Origin: Cyanophyceae cyanobacterium
Lineage (GTDB): Bacteria > Cyanobacteriota > Cyanobacteriia > Cyanobacteriales > JBHJGN01
Length of the DNA: 21,340 nt
Direction: 5' to 3'
Assembly: GCA_050331735.1 (NCBI GenBank)
Contig: JBHJGN010000089.1
Location: forward strand, 1-21,340
Of the stretch, positions 16,784 to 21,340 are shown in pieces; positions within the stretch are counted from its first letter, which is position 1, and every line of letters starts with the position of its first letter. The translations under genes and the position numbers were made by a program. Under the pieces are notes generated by a model, which worked only from the letters and a program-made list of their open reading frames with translations, was not told where the DNA came from and searched no databases.

Positions 16784-18025
16784 ATGGTGGATCAAATTCA
16801 GTGGGTCAATGCGCTATCTACTCGTGCTTCTTTAGAAGCCGCCGTCATCGAGGTGGTAGAGCAGGTTCAACAGTCAATATCAGAGGTTCCAGATTTAGGA
16901 ATTGTTTTTATTTCCTCTGCCTACGCTAGCGAATACTCTCGGCTAGTCCCTTTGCTGATCGAGCATCTGCCTCTGCCAATTATAATTGGCTGTGGCGGCG
17001 GCGGTATTGTTGGTATGCCAGATCTCAAGCAAGTGCTAGAAGTGGAATTTGAATCGGCACTCAGCCTCAGTGTTGCTAAATTACCCAGCGTGACTGTTGA
17101 GGCTTTTCATTTTACCGCGTCAGAGTTACCGGATTCAGATAGTTCTCCAGAAGCCTGGACAGCATTGGTTGGAGTTCCAGCTCACCAAAACCCTCAGTTT
17201 ATTCTGTTGAGCGATCCGGCTTCTCAAATCAACAACTTGCTAGAAGGACTAGATTTTGCCTATCCAGAAGCGGCTAAAGTCGGAGGATTAGCAAGTTCCG
17301 GCTCTCTGGGCATGCCCAGCGGCTTGTTTTGCTACTCCAAGAAGCATCCAGAACAGCATTTTTATCGCGAGGGGACTGTTGGAGTGGCTCTTAGCGGCAA
17401 TCTGGTTGTCGAAACGATTGTTGCTCAGGGGTGCCGTCCGATTGGCCAGCCCTATCTTATCAACAAAGGAGAACGGAACATCGTCTTTGAGCTCGCTAAA
17501 ATGGAAGCTGACTCAGGCCCCTCTTACTATTCGCCATTGGAGGCGCTGCGAGAAACGGTTCAGAATCTTAGCGAACGCGATCGCGCCCTAGCGCAGCATG
17601 CTTTGTTTGTCGGAGTGGTCAGAGACGAATTTCAAACGACCCTTGAGCAAGGCGATTTTTTGATTCGGAATTTGCTCGGAGTCGATCCAAAGCTCGAAGC
17701 GATTGCGATTGGCGATCGCGTCCGTCCAGGACAGCGCATTCAGTTTCACCTCCGGGATGCTCAAACGTCGGCGGAGGACTTAGAGCTGTTGCTTCAGGCT
17801 TATCAACGCAAACCTAGCGCCCCTAAAGGCGCTCTCCTCTTTTCCTGTTTGGGTCGGGGAAAAGCTTTGTACGGGCGACCCAATTTTGACTCAGAGATGT
17901 TTCGCCGCTATTTAGACAATATTCCTTTAGGAGGATTTTTTTGTAGCGGTGAAATTGGTCCTGTCGGCGGCAGAACTTTTCTCCACGGGTACACATCAGC
18001 CTTTGCTATTTTTAGCCAGCCCTAG
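16784..18025 (+). CDS. FIST-domain (FIST_N + FIST_C) signal transduction protein
   Basis: IGCGGGGIVG, KVGGLAS, VAQGCRPIG, FLIRNLLGVD, LFSCLGRG, GFFCSGEIGP, LHGYT; SD AAGGAG. Confidence 0.88.
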   Translation: MVDQIQWVNALSTRASLEAAVIEVVEQVQQSISEVPDLGIVFISSAYASEYSRLVPLLIEHLPLPIIIGCGGGGIVGMPDLKQVLEVEFESALSLSVAKLPSVTVEAFHFTASELPDSDSSPEAWTALVGVPAHQNPQFILLSDPASQINNLLEGLDFAYPEAAKVGGLASSGSLGMPSGLFCYSKKHPEQHFYREGTVGVALSGNLVVETIVAQGCRPIGQPYLINKGERNIVFELAKMEADSGPSYYSPLEALRETVQNLSERDRALAQHALFVGVVRDEFQTTLEQGDFLIRNLLGVDPKLEAIAIGDRVRPGQRIQFHLRDAQTSAEDLELLLQAYQRKPSAPKGALLFSCLGRGKALYGRPNFDSEMFRRYLDNIPLGGFFCSGEIGPVGGRTFLHGYTSAFAIFSQP

Positions 18026-18065
18026 CTCAAACCGATAGGTTGGATGAGGAGGAAACACGCCTGGT

Positions 18066-19163
18066 CTACAGTTCAATCGTGGTGTGATTGTCAATTTGTG
18101 CCGGGTGACAGTCGTCATCAATAGCCCCAAACTGCTCTAGATAGTGGCGCACTGATTCTGGAAAAGTGGAAAAATTAAACACAGTATCTCCCGCTGCGAT
18201 ATCAGCCCAAAAGTAGCGCAGCCGAGGAGCTAGAGAGTGAGCTTCTGCTAAAGAGAGCTTGAGCGGAGAATCGGTTAAGAGTCTGGTCATAAACGGCAAT
18301 GAGCGATCGCCCATCCATTCTCGCGAACTCCGCTGCAAATCCGCTGCTTCTGGAACTGCTCTAACCCAATAGGATTTAACGTTCAACTGCGTTTTTCCCT
18401 CGTAGGATTGCCAATGCAGAATTCGATAGGGATGAGGATAACTGACTAAAGAGCCCGTCGTAATTTCGTATAAATCTCCGGAGCGAGCAATGTCCTGAAC
18501 GTGGAGATGGCCCGTCAACACTAGCTTCACTCCATATTTTTCGAGCATCTGCCGCAGCAGCAAAGCGTTATCTAGCATGTAGCGCTGTCCTAGCTGGTGA
18601 TGAGATTGTCCGGGTAAATGTTCGAGCACGTTATGATGCACCATTACCAGGATGAACTGATGCTGAACCTTTTCCAGAACCTGCTCTAGCCAAAGCAACT
18701 GCTCCTCATCAAGACAACCAAGCTGTTTACCGTTAGCATCAAATTGATTTGAATTGAGGGCAATGAGCTGAACCCCTGGCAGGAGTTCGCAGGTGTAGTA
18801 GAGCTTGTGGGGATTGGTATAGCCAAATTGACGATAGAAGTGGGGAAAATCCTGCAGACCGATTGAGTGGTCATCAGCCCACAAACACGGCACATCGTGA
18901 TTGCCGGGAATTACATAAACGGGGAAAGGCAGAGCTTCTAATCGGTGCTGTAACCAGCGATGATTTTCCGGCTCTCCGTGTTGCGTTAAATCTCCTGGGA
19001 TCAGCAGAAAATCTAGAGCGAGCTGTTTCAAGTGCGTCAAAACTGTTTCGAGCGCTGGAATACTAAATTCCACTAAATGAAAGCGACTAGGATGATTCCA
19101 AATAGTTTCGGGCAAAGCAATATGGGGATCGCTAAGGATGGCAAACCGAAAATCAATATTCAT
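18066..19163 (-). CDS. Calcineurin-like metallophosphoesterase (CpdA/Icc-like)
   Basis: All five motifs present: SDPH, GDLT, GNHD, HHN, GHLH. Confidence 0.9.
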   Translation of the reverse strand: MNIDFRFAILSDPHIALPETIWNHPSRFHLVEFSIPALETVLTHLKQLALDFLLIPGDLTQHGEPENHRWLQHRLEALPFPVYVIPGNHDVPCLWADDHSIGLQDFPHFYRQFGYTNPHKLYYTCELLPGVQLIALNSNQFDANGKQLGCLDEEQLLWLEQVLEKVQHQFILVMVHHNVLEHLPGQSHHQLGQRYMLDNALLLRQMLEKYGVKLVLTGHLHVQDIARSGDLYEITTGSLVSYPHPYRILHWQSYEGKTQLNVKSYWVRAVPEAADLQRSSREWMGDRSLPFMTRLLTDSPLKLSLAEAHSLAPRLRYFWADIAAGDTVFNFSTFPESVRHYLEQFGAIDDDCHPAQIDNHTTIEL

Positions 19164-19598
19164 TTCTTATCTGAGCGAGTAAAAAACCTGTTGCTGAACA
19201 TTATTAATTATTGTTGAAAACGAGACTAAGAGTAACAACCTTGCCTGCGTTTTTCCTAGTCTATGACTTGTTTAGGCGTCAACAACGAGCCCGAATCGCA
19301 AGCAGCCACGCCAGTGGTCGACCGCAGCGATCAACCCGATAGAGAAGGTCACTTTGTCTCAGAACTAAAGAGTAATTTAGTCTTCTAATCTGTCACGAAG
19401 GAATCTCATCACGGTTTTGAGTTGAAAGTTGCCTCCACTAAACGGTTTTTAAGCTTCCTGAGATTGCTAAAAATCGCTGTCGGAGCTTTATATCTAACGA
19501 GAGCAGGCTTCTAATCGCTTAAACAGCTATTGTCCAAGTATAGCTGCTACGCTAAGCAGTATCCTTAGTAAACTGAGCAACGCGAGGAGATCATTTAT

Positions 19599-20237
19599 TT
19601 GTCAAAAGCTAGAGTTCGTCAACACGTTAATCCACTGAGCCAACCTTATCAAGTTCCGGTAATTGTTCCTGATTGGACTGAGATTTATCCAGCCTCTCAA
19701 CCGCTACATCTTGATATTGGTTCTGCTAAAGGTAAGTTTCTTCTTCAAATGGCTCAGTTACAGCCACAAAAAAATTTTCTTGGAGTCGAAATTCGCAAAT
19801 CCTTGGTACTGGAAGCGAATCTAAAGCGCGAGCACTTAGAGCTGCCCAATCTTTATTTTCTCTTCTGCAACGTTAATGTTTCTCTAAACCTGATTCTTAG
19901 TTCTTTACCAACAGATATCTTACAAATTGCAACAATTCAGTTTCCCGATCCCTGGTTTAAGCACAAACACGTCAAAAGACGAGTCGTGCAGCCAGAGTTA
20001 GTTGAAATCTTGGCTCAGTATCTAGTCGAGGGAGGATTTGTCTTTCTCCAGTCCGACGTTCAAGCTGTCGCGCAAGAAATGAGTCAGCGCTTCAACAGCC
20101 ATCGTGCTTTTCAGAAACAACATCAAAGTCCGTGGCTAGCGGCTAATCCGTTACCGGTGCCAACAGAACGAGAGCAATCTACGCTAGCTCGTGGGGAGCC
20201 TATTTATCGTAGTTTGTTCAGCAAGAGCCGTGCTTAG
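19599..20237 (+). CDS. trmB: tRNA (guanine46-N7)-methyltransferase
   Basis: RVRQHVNPL, LDIGSAKG, GVEIR, FPDPWFK, QSDV, PTERE; TTG start with SD GAGGAG. Confidence 0.93.
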   Translation: MSKARVRQHVNPLSQPYQVPVIVPDWTEIYPASQPLHLDIGSAKGKFLLQMAQLQPQKNFLGVEIRKSLVLEANLKREHLELPNLYFLFCNVNVSLNLILSSLPTDILQIATIQFPDPWFKHKHVKRRVVQPELVEILAQYLVEGGFVFLQSDVQAVAQEMSQRFNSHRAFQKQHQSPWLAANPLPVPTEREQSTLARGEPIYRSLFSKSRA

Positions 20238-20260
20238 TCATGCTTGTCGGTTCTCTAGAT

Positions 20261-21133
20261 TCAACCGTGAACGTCTAATTTCATGCTCAGATCTAGCCAA
20301 GTTGAGCGAGTAATAGGAGCGCTACTGGAAATGTAGTCGATGCCTGTTTGAGCAATGCGACGAAGCGTTTGAAGAGTGACGTTGCCTGAAGCTTCGATCT
20401 TCACCCGTTTGCTCCGCTGACGAACTACCTGAACAGCCTTCTTCATCTCCTCGACAGACATATTGTCAAGCATAATAATATCGGCTTCCTGAATGAGAGC
20501 TTCTTCTACTTCGGCTAAGGTATTTGTCTCTACTTCGATAGTTAACGGATAGGGAATCGTCTGTCTGAGGCGGGCTATGGCCGGTCCGATGCCTCCTGCG
20601 GCTTGAATGTGATTGTCTTTGATCATTATGGCATCGTCTAATCCAATCCGGTGATTGACGGCTCCTCCAACTGTAGTCGCGTATTTTTCTAAAATTCTTA
20701 ATCCCGGAGTGGTTTTACGAGTATCTACAAGCTGAACGGGTAAATCTGCAATGGTATTTACATAGCGACGAGTTGCTGTAGCGATACCGCTTAAGTGCAT
20801 CGTTAAATTTAGAGCCAGTCTTTCTCCTGTGAGTAATGCGTCGAGAGGGCCCTGTAGATGAGCAATTTTCTCTCCAGGAGTAACGTGAGCTCCCTCAGCA
20901 ATAGCAGTGACAAAATTAACTTGGTTGTTTAGCAGAAAAAAAACTCGCTCGGCAATTTTTAAGCCCGCGATCATTCCGGCTTCTTTCGCAATCCAGACAG
21001 CACTGCCGGATTTTGATGTTCCGGCCAACAGTCCATCTGTTGTGCGATCACCCCGACCAATGTCTTCTAACAACCACTGATGCAGTAGCGGATCGACCAC
21101 TATCCAAGAAGGAAAGAATGCCGAAGTTTTCAA
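20261..21133 (-). CDS. nadC: Nicotinate-nucleotide diphosphorylase (carboxylating), QPRTase
   Basis: EDIGRGD, GERLALN, SGIATAT, DTRKTTPGLR, NHRIGL.D.IMIKDNH, EVE, MLDN, EASG; TTG start. Confidence 0.95.
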   Translation of the reverse strand: MKTSAFFPSWIVVDPLLHQWLLEDIGRGDRTTDGLLAGTSKSGSAVWIAKEAGMIAGLKIAERVFFLLNNQVNFVTAIAEGAHVTPGEKIAHLQGPLDALLTGERLALNLTMHLSGIATATRRYVNTIADLPVQLVDTRKTTPGLRILEKYATTVGGAVNHRIGLDDAIMIKDNHIQAAGGIGPAIARLRQTIPYPLTIEVETNTLAEVEEALIQEADIIMLDNMSVEEMKKAVQVVRQRSKRVKIEASGNVTLQTLRRIAQTGIDYISSSAPITRSTWLDLSMKLDVHG

Positions 21134-21216
21134 AACTCTTCTCCGTCTTTAAGTTTGTTTCTCAGAATCAATTTACCTTAAATCCCGATCGGTTCTTGGC
21201 TGAGAGGAGGGCAGGG

Positions 21217-21266
21217 AAAATTTTTTCGGATCAAGAGTTGACACCAAGAGAGGAAGTAGTTAAAGT
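21217..21266 (+). promoter_or_regulatory. Strong sigma70-type promoter with UP element, probably for an rRNA operon
   Basis: AAAATTTTTT (21217-21226), TTGACA (21238-21243), 17-nt spacer, TAAAGT (21261-21266). Confidence 0.75.
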
Positions 21267-21305
21267 AGTAAATGCGCGGTTGAGAGCACCTCAGCGACAG
21301 CGCCC

Positions 21306-21317
21306 GAACCTAGACAA
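21306..21317 (+). promoter_or_regulatory. BoxA-like antitermination motif of an rrn leader
   Basis: GAACCTAGACAA resembles cyanobacterial rrn boxA (GAACCTTGA(A/C)AA, from memory). It follows a GC-rich hairpin (GCGC-GGTTGAG...CTCAGCG-ACA-GCGC). Confidence 0.6.
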
Positions 21318-21340
21318 CCAAATCGTTTGAGAGCCAAAGC

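Noticed and set aside
19538..19550. GTA-N7-TAC resembling an NtcA box upstream of trmB
   Set aside because: The spacer is 7 nt, not the 8 nt of GTA-N8-TAC.
21013..21330. 105-aa + strand ORF
   Set aside because: Overlaps nadC antisense and runs through a probable rrn promoter; no recognisable motifs.
18311..21340. About 3 kb without HIP1 as a sign of foreign DNA
   Set aside because: At about 1 site per kb a gap this size is unremarkable, and trmB and nadC are housekeeping genes.
1..21340. CRISPR array, tRNA genes, prophage or defence island
   Set aside because: No regularly spaced repeats, cloverleaf structures, or phage/defence genes were seen.

Overview
Cyanobacterial chromosomal window, shown by chlG, petP, nblB, cp12 and 21 copies of the HIP1 octamer GCGATCGC counted by eye. 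It is mostly core genes: CBS protein-nblB-TPR (+); wzm-wzt-GT4 glycan export/synthesis (-); petP-Get3d/ArsA-like ATPase-chlG (+); hpsL-hpsN-hpsO-hpsP polysaccharide cluster (-); glmM; a conserved hypothetical gene, DUF3177-like gene and cp12 (-); FIST (+); metallophosphoesterase (-); trmB (+); nadC (-). Two features missing from the ORF track sit at the edges. At 1-171 is the left end of an IS200/IS605-family element with IS608-type geometry (TTAC, 15 nt, AAAG, hairpin), followed directly by the first 19 codons of a probable tnpB with no tnpA between. At about 21217-21340 is a probable rRNA operon promoter and leader (UP element, TTGACA-N17-TAAAGT, boxA-like motif). Other oddities are a degenerate P-loop in the Get3d-like ATPase coinciding with a HIP1 cluster, a 22-bp inverted repeat pair bracketing the GT4 gene, and several intergenic hairpins. 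I see no clearly new multi-gene system. Family calls come from motif recognition and memory, not database searches.
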